A stretch of DNA of 64,000 bases from Candidatus Pacearchaeota archaeon (lineage in GTDB: Archaea > Nanobdellota > Nanobdellia > Pacearchaeales > GW2011-AR1). A program made the position numbers and the translations under genes. Positions 9,789 through 19,946 of the stretch are shown piece by piece (the first letter of the stretch is position 1; each line of letters starts with the position of its first letter). Where the stretch lies: the NCBI GenBank assembly GCA_009694725.1, contig SICV01000003.1:21381-85380 (forward strand), in the 5' to 3' direction. The notes under the pieces are model-generated. The model worked only from the letters and a program-made list of their open reading frames with translations, ran no database searches and was not told the origin of the DNA.

Positions 9789-11726
9789 TTATCTAATCTT
9801 ACTTCCCGGGGGAATATCTTGTTCGGGTTGGAGGATGACCACATGAGAGTCATCATCATTGACCGCCGCGAGGATCATACCGTTACTTTCGATGCCTCTG
9901 AGAGTAACTGGAGCGAGATTGGCCACGAAGAGTGCCTTTTTCCCCTTAAGGTGTTCTGGTTGGTAATGGTTACGAAGACCTGCGACAATGGTACGTGGTG
10001 TGTCTTCCCCGAGATCTACGGTGAGGACATAGAGTTTGTCGGCATTGGGGTGGGGTTTGACGTCTTTAATGAGGCCGACTTTAAGTTCGACTTTTGAGAA
10101 ATCATCGTATGAGATTTTTCCTGCTTGTTTTTCTTCTCGTTTTATCTCGTGAGCAGTTTGTTTGTGAGCCTTGGTATCTGAGGTATTTGAGATTACGTCT
10201 CCCTTTCTGGTATCGCTTATACTCGAGATAGGGGGGTTCTTCATAGTCTTTACTTCTTCTTTCTTGTATGTGCTTGGGGAGATTGTTGTTTTGTTTACCA
10301 TGTCAATCTTCTGGAAGAGGATGGATGCTTTTTTAATCTTGTGGACGGCTAGTGGAGATTCGAGTTGTTTCTTGGTGAGTTCGAAATGGAAGGTGGTTGC
10401 TATTTTTTCTGACGTTGCAGGCATGAACGGAGAAAGGAGGATTGCCGCTGTTTTGATGCCGTCTGCAAGCTGGTAGAGGACTTTGGTGTCTTTTGTTTCC
10501 CAGGGTTTTGCTTTTTGGATGAGTTCATTGAGTGAGTCGATGAAGGCGAAGATGGTTGCAAGTGCTTTGTCCGTTTGGTATGATTCAAACGCTCGGGTTA
10601 CTTGTGCGATTACTTTCTTTGTTTCGAGTGGTTTGACTTTCGTGAGACCATGGGTTTCTGCAAGTGTAGAAACTCTGCTGACTAAGTTCCCCAGTTTATT
10701 GGCGAGTTCACTATTGTTACGGGTAATCAATAGTTCTTCAGAATAGTCTGTGTCTTCAAATACTGAGCATCGTAAGAACGAGTAGCGCACGACATCTGCA
10801 GGGTACTTTTCAAGAAGAGTGAGCGGGTCGATCACATTCCCCAATGATTTTGATATTTTTTCTCCGTCTGTATTGAGATATCCGTGCACCACTAATTTCT
10901 CAGGTAGCTTGTAACCTGCTGACAATAAAAGTGCTGGCCAAATGACAGAATGGAACCAATTTATGCCCTTACCGATTACATGCACTTGTGCTGGCCAATA
11001 TTTCTTCTCTTTTTCTTCTAAACCTGATATGTAATTAATAAGTGCATCTATCCAGACCCATACTTTATACTCAGGGTCATTGGGGAAGTCAATACCCCAT
11101 TGAGCGCCCTTTCGACTAATGCAAATATCGGTCAATCCATCTTTTTTTATTCGCTCCATTACTTCATTTGCTCGCGTTGGTGGAGTCACATAGGTAGGGA
11201 TTATTTTGAGTAATTGCTTCTCATATTTGCTCAACTTAAAGAAATATGCTTCTTCGGTTCTCTTCTCAGGTTCTTTTTTATGTTCTGGACATTTTCCGTC
11301 TATAAGCTCTTTTTCAGTATAGTATGTCTCACACCCTACACAATAGAGTCCTTCGTATGTTCCTTTGTATATGTCTTTTTTCTTTCTTATTTTTTCAAGA
11401 ATCTCTTTTACAACGATTGCATGTTCTTTTGCTGTTGTCCGAATGAATTTGTCTTCACTCACGTTTAATTTAGCACATAACTCTTGAAATGCTGCAGTAT
11501 TCGTGTCGATAAATTTTTTTACTGAAACTCCTTTTTTTTCTGCTGCCTGCACGTTCTTCTGGGCGTTTTCATCAACTCCTGTGGTGAAGTATGTGTCTTT
11601 TTCTTGGAGCCGTTGCCAGCGAGCAATAGTGTCGGTTATGGTCTTTTCAAATGCATGGCCTACATGGGGCTTTGCATTCACGTAATCGATTGCAGTAGTA
11701 ATGTAGAAGGTTTGTTGCTTTGCCAT
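9789..11726 (-). CDS. metG: Methionine--tRNA ligase with C-terminal tRNA-binding (Trbp111-like) domain
   Basis: TTAIDYVNAKPHVGHA, YCVGCE knuckle, KISKS, HPNADKLY..ESNGM; start MAKQQ at 11726. Confidence 0.96.
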   Translation of the reverse strand: MAKQQTFYITTAIDYVNAKPHVGHAFEKTITDTIARWQRLQEKDTYFTTGVDENAQKNVQAAEKKGVSVKKFIDTNTAAFQELCAKLNVSEDKFIRTTAKEHAIVVKEILEKIRKKKDIYKGTYEGLYCVGCETYYTEKELIDGKCPEHKKEPEKRTEEAYFFKLSKYEKQLLKIIPTYVTPPTRANEVMERIKKDGLTDICISRKGAQWGIDFPNDPEYKVWVWIDALINYISGLEEKEKKYWPAQVHVIGKGINWFHSVIWPALLLSAGYKLPEKLVVHGYLNTDGEKISKSLGNVIDPLTLLEKYPADVVRYSFLRCSVFEDTDYSEELLITRNNSELANKLGNLVSRVSTLAETHGLTKVKPLETKKVIAQVTRAFESYQTDKALATIFAFIDSLNELIQKAKPWETKDTKVLYQLADGIKTAAILLSPFMPATSEKIATTFHFELTKKQLESPLAVHKIKKASILFQKIDMVNKTTISPSTYKKEEVKTMKNPPISSISDTRKGDVISNTSDTKAHKQTAHEIKREEKQAGKISYDDFSKVELKVGLIKDVKPHPNADKLYVLTVDLGEDTPRTIVAGLRNHYQPEHLKGKKALFVANLAPVTLRGIESNGMILAAVNDDDSHVVILQPEQDIPPGSKIR

Positions 11727-11797
11727 AGCTCCTTCTTGGTTTTCTGTTATAAAAGGGTGTCGGTAAGCTTTAAAAAGCGGTTTTGTTAGGGCGATAC

Positions 11798-12370
11798 ATG
11801 ACAATTGGCGTGTATCAGTATATTCGAAAGGCTTGGTTGAAACCAGGCCGGGACATGTTACAAAGTCGTATGATTCAGTGGCGTGCAAGTGAAGCAGTGA
11901 CAGAAGTGGAGAAACCTCTTCGTCTTGATCGTGCTCGCGCGTTAGGGTATAAAGCTAAGAAAGGATTCTTTGTGGTTCGTGTTCGTATTCGTCGTGGTGG
12001 AAGACAGCGAACTCGGCATAAGCACGGTAGAAAGTCTCGTAAACAACATGTCATGAAAATTTTGAAGATGAATTATCAATGGGTTGCGGAATTACGTGCT
12101 GCTGCAAAATATGATAATTTAGTTGTTTTGAATTCGTACCTTCTTGCGAAAGATGGAAAACATGGCTTCTATGAAGTGATTATGGTTGACCCGCAGAGGC
12201 CCGAAATTCAAAATGATAAAACGATGAATTGGATTTGTGACCCACAACATGCTTCTCGTGTTCAGCGTGGTTTAACAAGTGCAGGTAAGCAGAGTCGTGG
12301 CCTTCGTGTGAAGGGTCCAAATCGTAAAGTTCGTCCAAGCGTTCGTGCTTGGGAACGTATGGGTAAGTAA
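11798..12370 (+). CDS. rpl15e: 50S ribosomal protein L15e
   Basis: RLDRARALGYKAKKG, VLNSY, RGLTSAGK. Confidence 0.97.
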   Translation: MTIGVYQYIRKAWLKPGRDMLQSRMIQWRASEAVTEVEKPLRLDRARALGYKAKKGFFVVRVRIRRGGRQRTRHKHGRKSRKQHVMKILKMNYQWVAELRAAAKYDNLVVLNSYLLAKDGKHGFYEVIMVDPQRPEIQNDKTMNWICDPQHASRVQRGLTSAGKQSRGLRVKGPNRKVRPSVRAWERMGK

Positions 12371-12380
12371 GGTTTCTTGT

Positions 12381-12587
12381 ATGAACGAGTCTCGTTTAGG
12401 AGTTATTGCATCTGCGTTATTTGAACCTGTGTGGATTGGCCTCTTTAGTGCGAGTGCTATTGGCTATTTACGTATGCCTCAAGAGGATACTCCTTTGTAT
12501 GCAGCGGGGGCGGGCATGCTTGGATTTGGTCTTTCGTTAGCGCGGCATTTTGATCGTGTTGCTGAATGTTTTTACTCTTCTCGATGA
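12381..12587 (+). CDS. Small two-TM hypothetical protein
   Basis: Two hydrophobic segments; follows rpl15e closely. Confidence 0.5.
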   Translation: MNESRLGVIASALFEPVWIGLFSASAIGYLRMPQEDTPLYAAGAGMLGFGLSLARHFDRVAECFYSSR

Positions 12588-12653
12588 TATTTATTTAAGC
12601 GCCTTTCCTTTTCCCTTAGTATGGTTACTTTTCCCTTAGATATCTCTTCTTTT

Positions 12654-12965
12654 TTAATATCGTACTGCGACAAATCTTGAATCTACTTTTTCGCAGGCTT
12701 TTGCTAGTTCCCGGGCGGTATTTTCTAATTCTACGGCGTTGAAATAGACTTTCGCTGCTTCATAATCAACTGTTATTCCATCTTCACTTCGTAAAAATGT
12801 TCGCCCGCCCCCCGTTGGAAAGGCGCCCTCTATAGTAATGGTTGCACCAACGACTTGACTGATATTAACTCGGTCAACTGCTTGACCTGTTGCTTGAAAA
12901 TGAGCATCGATAGTTTGTTGTAATGCGCTTGCTCGTTCTCTATTTTCTTGGAAGGGTTGGGACAT
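12654..12965 (-). CDS. Hypothetical protein
   Basis: 103-aa ORF directly downstream of topA. Confidence 0.6.
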   Translation of the reverse strand: MSQPFQENRERASALQQTIDAHFQATGQAVDRVNISQVVGATITIEGAFPTGGGRTFLRSEDGITVDYEAAKVYFNAVELENTARELAKACEKVDSRFVAVRY

Positions 12966-12989
12966 TATGATTGTTCTTTTACCGCTTTT

Positions 12990-15233
12990 TTAAGCATTAT
13001 TGTCTTCTGGAGCTTGTTTCTTCGCAGCCCATGTGTCTTTCTTGGCTTGTTCAAGGGGGCAGGAAGGGTTGAAACAGAATTCCCAGGGGCGCTTTGCTTT
13101 ACGAATGGCAAGGAGCTTGGGGAAGCCATCTGCTTCGCACTTTTTGCCTGATTGTTTGATGAGGGCGTTGGGAGGGAGGGAATAGGTTTGTTTGCACGTG
13201 GGATAGCCTGAACAGGCGATGAAGGAGCGTTTTGCGGCTCGGTTGTACAAGATGCGCAGATTTCCCCCTTTACAGGTGGGGCAGGACATGAGAGTGTTTG
13301 CTTCCCGTTGTTCGATGCGTAATTTTGTGAGACCTTCGGCGAGTGTTTTACCAATTGCGTCTTCATTTTTTTTGAATTCTCGAGAGATTGTTTCTATTGC
13401 TTCTTTTGCTTGTGCAATACTTTCCTTTTCTTGTACTTCCGGTGTATCTGAGGTTTCAATGCTTTCCATTTTGTCTTCTATCTGGCGAGTGAGTTGCTCG
13501 TCAATGATAATGGGCGCATGGGATTCAAGTGCTTCAATCAGTTTCATCCCGAGTGGAGTGGGCGTGACGCTTTTGCCATCTACGTACCCGCGGTCAAAGA
13601 GAATATCAATAATCATGGATCGAGTTGATTTTGTTCCTAAATTCTTTTTTTCCATGATTGTTACTAAACTGGTAGGGGAATATCTACCAGGAGGGATTGT
13701 TTTCTTTTCTTCGGTTGTTATTTTGTCGATTTTCTGTTTCCCTTCTAGGTTGGGGAGGGTTGATTGGGTCACTTCATAGGGATAGAATGTGGTCCAGCCG
13801 GGATTAATGACTTGTTGGGCGTTGGCGGTGAACTTGCCTGCTGTTGTTTCCAGGGTGATGTTGGTAGTCGCGAGGTCAAGATCAGGGGCGAAACAGGCAA
13901 GAAAGCGCTTGACAATAAGTGTGTAGATTTTTTCTTCCTGATCTGCGAGCGATTTGAATTCTCCTGTCGGATAGATGGAAGGGTGGGCAGGATCTGATTT
14001 TGGTCCTTCAATCGGGTGGGCGCGTGTAGCAAGTTGTGCTTCAGGGAAGCGTTTGCCGAGTTTTTTGATAATATCTTTTGGTTTAATAGCCTCTGGTATT
14101 TTTTGAGAACTGGTGCGCGGATAGGAGATTGCTCCTGCGAGATAGAGTTTTTGGGCGAGTTGGAGGGTTTGTGAGGGTGAGAATTTGTAGACGCGTGAGG
14201 CCTCTCGTTGGAGCGTCGTGAGATCAAAGGGAACGCCCGGCCTCTGTGATTCTTGTTTCTTGGTGGTGGTGGCTATGCCTTCCTTGATTTTTCGGAATGC
14301 ATCCAGTTTTTCCTTTTCAAAGATGTCTGTCGGATGTTTGAGCATGATTTCTCCTACCTGTGCGAATATGTTCCAGTAGGGTTGGGAGATGAATGCAATG
14401 ATTTCTTTTTCACGATCGACTAAGATTTTTAATGCAGGGCCCTGGACACGTCCTGTGGAAAGCAGCTGGAAACTTCCGGTCTTTTTGAGCGCGGACATTA
14501 ATGCACGGCTGAGATTAATCCCATAGAGCCAATCAATAATATGGCGGGCTTCTCCGGCATAGGCATTCTTCCAATTCAGAGTTGGTTCAGGGTGTTGATA
14601 GGCGAGCTCTAATTCGGGTTTGGTGAGTGTGGAATAGTGCATGCGTTGGGCATCAGTTTGATTACAGAGAAATCGAAGGATATTCCAGCCAATGACTTCT
14701 CCCTCGGTATCATAGTCTGTCGCGACCATGAACGAGGATGCTTGAAGGGCTAGGTTTTTGAGGAGTGTGAGATATTTTTTGGTGAAGAATGCGCCTTTTC
14801 CTTCATACGACGGTTTCCATTCAACATTATAGAGGGGCCAGCCTTTTTGTCCTTTCGTATATTCTAAGTTAAAGAGGTGACCAACTGCAGAGGCGACTGT
14901 GATTGTCTTATTATCGCGAGAGAGCTGGTAATAACTTGCACCGTCTTCAGTGTATTTACGTGCGTCTCCTAAGGCATCTGCAATTTTTTCTGCTGCTTGG
15001 GGTTTTTCGGTGATGATGAGCAATTGGTTTGCATCCTTTGTTACTTCTTTCTTCTTTCTCACGAGTTTCTTTTTTACTTTCTTTTCTATCGGATCTGGTT
15101 CGAGGTGATCGGCAGGCATGGGCTTCCCTGGTTGTTCAATCGTGGTGAGTTCAGCGACAGTTGGTTTTCTTTGAACGACTTTCTCAGTGGTAAGTTTTAC
15201 ATTTTTTGGTTCAAGAAAATCTTTGACTGCCAT
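12990..15233 (-). CDS. topA: DNA topoisomerase IA
   Basis: TOPRIM ITEKP, ATDYDTEGE, GRVQ, catalytic ISYPRT, C-terminal Zn ribbons. Confidence 0.96.
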   Translation of the reverse strand: MAVKDFLEPKNVKLTTEKVVQRKPTVAELTTIEQPGKPMPADHLEPDPIEKKVKKKLVRKKKEVTKDANQLLIITEKPQAAEKIADALGDARKYTEDGASYYQLSRDNKTITVASAVGHLFNLEYTKGQKGWPLYNVEWKPSYEGKGAFFTKKYLTLLKNLALQASSFMVATDYDTEGEVIGWNILRFLCNQTDAQRMHYSTLTKPELELAYQHPEPTLNWKNAYAGEARHIIDWLYGINLSRALMSALKKTGSFQLLSTGRVQGPALKILVDREKEIIAFISQPYWNIFAQVGEIMLKHPTDIFEKEKLDAFRKIKEGIATTTKKQESQRPGVPFDLTTLQREASRVYKFSPSQTLQLAQKLYLAGAISYPRTSSQKIPEAIKPKDIIKKLGKRFPEAQLATRAHPIEGPKSDPAHPSIYPTGEFKSLADQEEKIYTLIVKRFLACFAPDLDLATTNITLETTAGKFTANAQQVINPGWTTFYPYEVTQSTLPNLEGKQKIDKITTEEKKTIPPGRYSPTSLVTIMEKKNLGTKSTRSMIIDILFDRGYVDGKSVTPTPLGMKLIEALESHAPIIIDEQLTRQIEDKMESIETSDTPEVQEKESIAQAKEAIETISREFKKNEDAIGKTLAEGLTKLRIEQREANTLMSCPTCKGGNLRILYNRAAKRSFIACSGYPTCKQTYSLPPNALIKQSGKKCEADGFPKLLAIRKAKRPWEFCFNPSCPLEQAKKDTWAAKKQAPEDNNA

Positions 15234-15847
15234 TAGATGAGGAGGATCACTCCTTTCTTTCCCACGTTAATTACCTTTGTTTTACCCATAGTGCTTTCTA
15301 ATCCTGCCCCTTCGTGAATATGTCCATGAAGCAGTATAGTTGGTTTGAATTCTTTGACTGCTTGGGCAATTGCTTTACTACCTGGGAATCCTGAAAATTC
15401 AGAGAGTGAACCTGCCGGATGCATATGCGTAATCATTATTTTTTTCTCGATTCCTTTAAGATCTTTATGTGCTTTGGCGAGTGTTTTTTTAAGATTTGTT
15501 TCAGTTACGAATCCGGGAAAATGAGGAAGATCGCTTGAACCTCCTGCTCCGAAGATACCGATTCCTTCATGTATACAAGAGTAACCATGAAGGTTTGTGG
15601 CATTGTATTGTTTTGCGAGGAGATTTCCCACCATCATATCTTCGTGGTTTCCAGGTATGAGGAGCACTTTCTTTTTGTGGTCAATAAAGGGTTTGATAAT
15701 GTCTTTCGTTTCTATCCAGCCGGTAAGGTCTCCACAGAGGATGACTAGGTCTACGTTTTCCTTTTCTGCTTGCTGAGCTAACTTTTTGACTTGTTTACTA
15801 TCCCCATGAAGGTCTGAAGCTGCTAAAATTTTCATTTTTTTGCTCAT
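15233..15847 (-). CDS. Calcineurin-like metallophosphoesterase (Icc-related)
   Basis: DLHG, GDL, GNHE, THMHP, HGHIHE. Confidence 0.92.
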   Translation of the reverse strand: MSKKMKILAASDLHGDSKQVKKLAQQAEKENVDLVILCGDLTGWIETKDIIKPFIDHKKKVLLIPGNHEDMMVGNLLAKQYNATNLHGYSCIHEGIGIFGAGGSSDLPHFPGFVTETNLKKTLAKAHKDLKGIEKKIMITHMHPAGSLSEFSGFPGSKAIAQAVKEFKPTILLHGHIHEGAGLESTMGKTKVINVGKKGVILLI

Positions 15848-15895
15848 TCTTTTTGAGGGAAAGGGTTTTTTAAGTATCTTGTGCTTTCTTCTTTC

Positions 15896-16453
15896 ATGAA
15901 GAGAGGCATTACGTTCCATATTGGTATAACTGCAATGATCCTTGCAGGCGTCGCTCTAGTATTAACCTATATTTGGCTTGTACCTAGTATTCATCCGTAT
16001 GTTATTAAAGAACAAGAGGGTACGTTGGTTAATCCGGTTTTGGCATTGACAGATGGTCAAGCATTGGCTGATTTTAACAGTGATTATGTTTTCTATTTAC
16101 TGTATTCTGCACAAGCTTATCATTTACATCCTGCGGCATTTAGTCAAGAGCACCCACGAGTATTAATTATCCTTGACGATGTTATGTATCGCGCTGAAGT
16201 ACTTGCAGGTACTATTTTGGTGAGTGAGGGAGCTTATTTCGATGCTGATCTTAGCATTTATTCTACGAAGCAAGAAGTGATTCGTTTATTGCGCAATCCT
16301 TCTCTGCTTTCTGAGTCATTTACTTCTGGAGTAAGTTATATTGAAACCCATGCCTCTCACGCAACGTTATTCAGTAAGGGTTATGCACGTTTGTATGATC
16401 AGTTGTATGATTCATCTATTGCCCGTAATGTTATTCGTATTTTAAGTTCGTAA
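15896..16453 (+). CDS. Membrane-anchored hypothetical protein, possibly SCP2-like fold
   Basis: N-terminal TM; ILVSEG..DADLSI..F.SG resembles SCP2 domains. Confidence 0.6.
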   Translation: MKRGITFHIGITAMILAGVALVLTYIWLVPSIHPYVIKEQEGTLVNPVLALTDGQALADFNSDYVFYLLYSAQAYHLHPAAFSQEHPRVLIILDDVMYRAEVLAGTILVSEGAYFDADLSIYSTKQEVIRLLRNPSLLSESFTSGVSYIETHASHATLFSKGYARLYDQLYDSSIARNVIRILSS

Positions 16454-16497
16454 CTTTCTTTAACAACAGCTTGTCGTGTTTTGAGAGAAGTAGTGTG

Positions 16498-16525
16498 GAT
16501 TTGTTACTCGCTTAGATAACAAATC
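16498..16525. promoter_or_regulatory. Inverted repeat upstream of the wHTH regulator (candidate operator)
   Basis: GATTTGTTA-N10-TAACAAATC, perfect 9-bp arms. Confidence 0.45.
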
Positions 16526-16590
16526 TTCAGCAAGGTTTAAAAGAGGATGATAAGGTTGGAATATATAGCTTACAACGCTATCATTACACT

Positions 16591-16857
16591 ATGAAAGAAA
16601 ATTTTGATATCTTTTTCCGCAGAAAACCTGCTTTGATGCTGGTTGCTTTGAAGAAAATCTCCCGTGCTCGATATGGTAGTTTACTTGCAAAAGAAGTTGA
16701 TTGTACATATTCTCATGCAGTTAAGATCTTACAGAGTTTGGAAGAACTTGGTTTGGTCGTATTTGAAAAGAAAGGGCGAACTAAGTTGATTAAACTTACC
16801 AAGCGGGGCATGGAAGTAGCTAATAATATTGAGAATATTAAGCAAACTTTAAGTTAA
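16591..16857 (+). CDS. Winged helix-turn-helix transcriptional regulator (MarR-like)
   Basis: LAKEVDCTYSHAVKILQSLEELGLV..GRTKLIKLTKRG. Confidence 0.88.
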   Translation: MKENFDIFFRRKPALMLVALKKISRARYGSLLAKEVDCTYSHAVKILQSLEELGLVVFEKKGRTKLIKLTKRGMEVANNIENIKQTLS

Positions 16858-16862
16858 TTTTT

Positions 16863-17150
16863 ATGGATATTTTATTTGATCGTTCAGCACTTTCTTCTAC
16901 CAGTTCTTCATTCTCCGCTCTTCTTGCATGTGAAGAAGCACGTGCTTCTTTTTATGCTTCCTGTCAAGCTACTCAACGGCACTGTTCTACTGTGCGTGTA
17001 GGAATTACCCGTGAAGGGGATTCTTTTGTATTTCGGTTTCAGTACGGGGTGGTTGAGAAAGGAGTATTTGTGCAAGACGGAACAGATGAAGTGCGCTCTG
17101 CTTCTTATTTTCCCCCTCTTCCTTCTTCTCTTGTTGCTCATTTGAGGTAA
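16863..17150 (+). CDS. Hypothetical protein
   Basis: 95-aa ORF 5 nt after the regulator; no motif. Confidence 0.45.
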   Translation: MDILFDRSALSSTSSSFSALLACEEARASFYASCQATQRHCSTVRVGITREGDSFVFRFQYGVVEKGVFVQDGTDEVRSASYFPPLPSSLVAHLR

Positions 17151-17354
17151 TCTTTTATAATTCGGGTATTCTCTTATTTCATGTCTGATTTAGGTATACT
17201 CTTGGAAGAGATTGCATTTATATCGACCCCTACGAATATCGTTCAGGAAGCGGTGAGACAGTAGGGAGTTGTACATTTACGTAGAACGTATTCTGATTTA
17301 TATTTACTTGCATGAGGAAACGTTACTCGTGCATAACTTATTGCTTGTTCTTGA

Positions 17355-17483
17355 TGACCTCGATGGGATTTGAACCCACGACACCTGGATTGCTCCATTG
17401 CTCACCGCAATGGTGAGCCATTTCAACCTATAAGGTTGTAATGTTAAGAGTCCAGTACTCTGACCGGGCTGAGCTACGAGGCC
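17355..17483 (-). tRNA. tRNA-Lys(CTT) with 54-nt intron (17391-17444) at 37/38
   Basis: Acceptor GGCCTCG/CGAGGTC, anticodon stem CTGGA/TCCAG, T arm GTGGG-TTCAAAT-CCCAT, canonical BHB (CTCT/GGAG, bulges TAA and CAA). Confidence 0.93.
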
Positions 17484-17552
17484 TTCTATACCTTTTCTTC
17501 AAAGAAAAGTTCTAGTCTCAAAAGAACTGTGATGCGGTTTAAAAAGATGCTG

Positions 17553-17963
17553 TTATGCTGTTTGAATAGAAGCGCTTGTTGCACGAACTATACTCCTTTC
17601 TAAATCTGCTAGTCCATAAGGTTTTGCAATTAAATGAACATCTAACTTTGGATGATACCCTTGTTCTTCTACAGGGGTCCAGGAATGGTCTGTATCGGTG
17701 AGTTCGAATGGTTTTCCGGAATTAATAACGATAGGCAATGTATATCCTTGTGCTCGTAATTCCGTTACTGCTTGTATTCCTTCTTTTTGAGGCATATTAT
17801 TATCAGTCAGAAGTAGGTTTGGTTGATGACGAACTGCTAATTCTACTAGATTGCCTCCGTGGTTTTTTTCTGCAACTATTGTATATCCTTTTCGAGATAA
17901 GAATGCCCTTTGCATAACTAAGGGGGATTCTTCATCATCGGCAATAACTGCAGTTAAGCTCAT
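17553..17963 (-). CDS. Stand-alone response regulator receiver (CheY-like)
   Basis: IADDE, LLTDNNMP..G, VINSG, AKPY. Confidence 0.88.
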   Translation of the reverse strand: MSLTAVIADDEESPLVMQRAFLSRKGYTIVAEKNHGGNLVELAVRHQPNLLLTDNNMPQKEGIQAVTELRAQGYTLPIVINSGKPFELTDTDHSWTPVEEQGYHPKLDVHLIAKPYGLADLERSIVRATSASIQTA

Positions 17964-18038
17964 TGTTGTTGAATTCCCCGAAATCAGTATTTTAAAGCTA
18001 TGTATTTGTCATTACTTTAGAGTACTCTAAATTGAGGT

Positions 18039-18353
18039 TTATCGGTACTTACGCCAGGTATGTTGGCACTTCGGGTTGGTACACTTGTAGAACTTCGTTT
18101 CTGATTCATCTGATGCACGGGTTTGTTGGGTCCAGAAGTAGCATTTTTTTGTTTTACATTTAGGACAAACCATATCTACGATGGGATAGGTGTTTTCATC
18201 ATTCTCATTGATGACTTTGACTGATTCATGTGTGGTTATTTTTTCATATGTTGCAAGCTTTGGTTTCTTATCGGTCTTTGCATTACATCCGGCACACCGG
18301 GCTTGGCCTTCTTTGATGACGATTAAACTCCCGCATTTTTTACAAAATTCCAT
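18039..18353 (-). CDS. tfs: Transcription factor S (TFS/RpoM)
   Basis: N-terminal FCKKCG ribbon and QTRASDE..T.FYKC. Confidence 0.93.
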   Translation of the reverse strand: MEFCKKCGSLIVIKEGQARCAGCNAKTDKKPKLATYEKITTHESVKVINENDENTYPIVDMVCPKCKTKKCYFWTQQTRASDESETKFYKCTNPKCQHTWRKYR

Positions 18354-18519
18354 ATCTTTTATTCAGCGTCTTTTAGTATATAAGGGTTATTGTTTTGTGG
18401 AACAGGGGCTTTGTAGTGCGTGGACTTGGAGCATAGGAGTAGGTATCTCTTGTATGTCTTGAGGAGTGGTTCAGAATGTATACTCTTGTGATGCACTGAA
18501 ATCGTACGGTTGTTTACGG

Positions 18520-19086
18520 TTAACAGAACCCGCGTTCGTTTTCTGGTCTGAGAAGTTCAAAGAAAATGAGTTTAATCCAGCCCAATGCGGGGATTTTGAA
18601 GACTGCTTTTCCTATTTTTTGTTCGGGAGTGATGTCTTTTTCAAAAGAGATCTGCGAGGGGTTGTTATCTCCCTTGGTAGCAAGTGGGTCAGAGGCGATA
18701 ACACGATGAATAATGGGATATTGAGTAGGTGCGGAGAAAATGATGACATCGCCGAGGGTTACTTCTGTAGCTGAGGTGACCAAGATGATGTCCCCTTTGG
18801 TGAAGCCATTGTTGAGCGTGAAAGCAGCGAATTGTTCTTTGGTAATGCCTCTATTTTCATACCAGGCACTATTTGCTCCCCACCAGTTTTCAAAGTCTCC
18901 GATATGATGCATGGAACATGATTCTACGACTACGATGGGAAGTGCTGTGCCGGTGAGCAGGGAGATGAGGGGGAAGAGGACGAATTTGATACCTATAATG
19001 CTGAGTATGCATGAAATGACCCAGGATTGCCAGGTGTCTTCGTTGAGAAAGTGCCAGCCACGCTTTATCTGTTCAGTGAGGGACAT
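18520..19086 (-). CDS. Signal peptidase I, Sec11-like
   Basis: VVESCSM, GDII, IIHRV, TKGDNN. Confidence 0.9.
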   Translation of the reverse strand: MSLTEQIKRGWHFLNEDTWQSWVISCILSIIGIKFVLFPLISLLTGTALPIVVVESCSMHHIGDFENWWGANSAWYENRGITKEQFAAFTLNNGFTKGDIILVTSATEVTLGDVIIFSAPTQYPIIHRVIASDPLATKGDNNPSQISFEKDITPEQKIGKAVFKIPALGWIKLIFFELLRPENERGFC

Positions 19087-19178
19087 GGATGCTTTATTGC
19101 TTATTGGTATTTAAACGATCGGTATATTCTTTTGTATCCTCTTTCTTTTTGAGTTGAGGATCACTTTTTTTCAAGAAG

Positions 19179-19252
19179 TGATCCTGCCAAGAGTCGAACT
19201 TGGGACCTCTGCCGTATCAGAGCAGCGCTCTAACCAACTGAGCTACAGGATC
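19179..19252 (-). tRNA. tRNA-Ile(GAT)
   Basis: GATCCTG/CAGGATC acceptor, CTGCT-CTGATAC-GGCAG anticodon arm, CCAAG-TTCGACT-CTTGG T arm. Confidence 0.95.
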
Positions 19253-19321
19253 GAAGGAGAAGCGAGCGAGTCGTTTATAAACGTTTCAGTTAAATGGCAT
19301 TGCAGGTGTTGGTAGGTGTCC

Positions 19322-19349
19322 GGTATCTGATGTATGTCTTAGTGAGGGG
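19322..19349 (+). repeat. Dispersed ~28-bp intergenic repeat (representative copy)
   Basis: GGTATCTGATGTATGTCTTAGTGAGGGG; near-identical copy at 56318; exact 12-mer also at 27485 and 42254. Confidence 0.7.
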
Positions 19350-19522
19350 GCTTCATCTTTATGAATAACGAGTGGATTGTAGCATTGTTGATCGTTCTGT
19401 ATTAGGTATTGTGTGTACGTCTGTCAGGGAGAGAGTAGGGAGTGGGAAGCTTGTAGATAGCGTGAACTATTTTATCCGTTCTCTTTTCGTGAGTTTAAAA
19501 AAGGTCTTCGTCTTTATGGAGT

Positions 19523-19921
19523 ATGCGTATTAAACTCATCCCTGCCATTATTCTAGGGCAATTAGTATTATCTGCGTATTTAGTACATGCAAAGGCACAA
19601 ACTGAGTTATTTTGTGTGATTGGGAAGTCGTGTGATGCCGTGCAACAATCAGTCTATGGGAAGTTATGGGGAATCGATGTGAGTACCTTGGGGTTGATTG
19701 CTTTTGGATTGTTGCTTATTACGGCCTTTACACAACACGCTCATCGGTATAATCGGAAGCTGTATCTCCTCTGTATTGTCTTGGGAGTTATGGGGGCGAT
19801 ATACTTTATAGGTATTCAACTTTTTGTGCTGAAGCAGATTTGTTCAACGTGTATGGTGATTGATGGAAGCATGTTAGTGGTGGCTTGGTTGGAATATCGT
19901 GCGTGGCGTAAGGGTTATTAA
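19523..19921 (+). CDS. Vitamin K epoxide reductase (VKOR) family protein
   Basis: CVIGKSCDAVQQS..G, several TMs, redox CSTC. Confidence 0.9.
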   Translation: MRIKLIPAIILGQLVLSAYLVHAKAQTELFCVIGKSCDAVQQSVYGKLWGIDVSTLGLIAFGLLLITAFTQHAHRYNRKLYLLCIVLGVMGAIYFIGIQLFVLKQICSTCMVIDGSMLVVAWLEYRAWRKGY

Positions 19922-19946
19922 GTCTCTTTTTTCTTCCTGTTCTAAT

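Noticed and set aside
10100-10300. Insertion element in metG
   Set aside because: It is an in-frame, low-complexity Lys/Thr/Ser linker before the tRNA-binding domain; its GGTATCTGAGGT match was not counted as an intergenic repeat copy.
19322-19349. dif/Xer site or ORB origin box
   Set aside because: The length fits 28 bp, but it lacks the inverted arms of dif and the TCCA..GAAAC core of ORB, and it is multi-copy.
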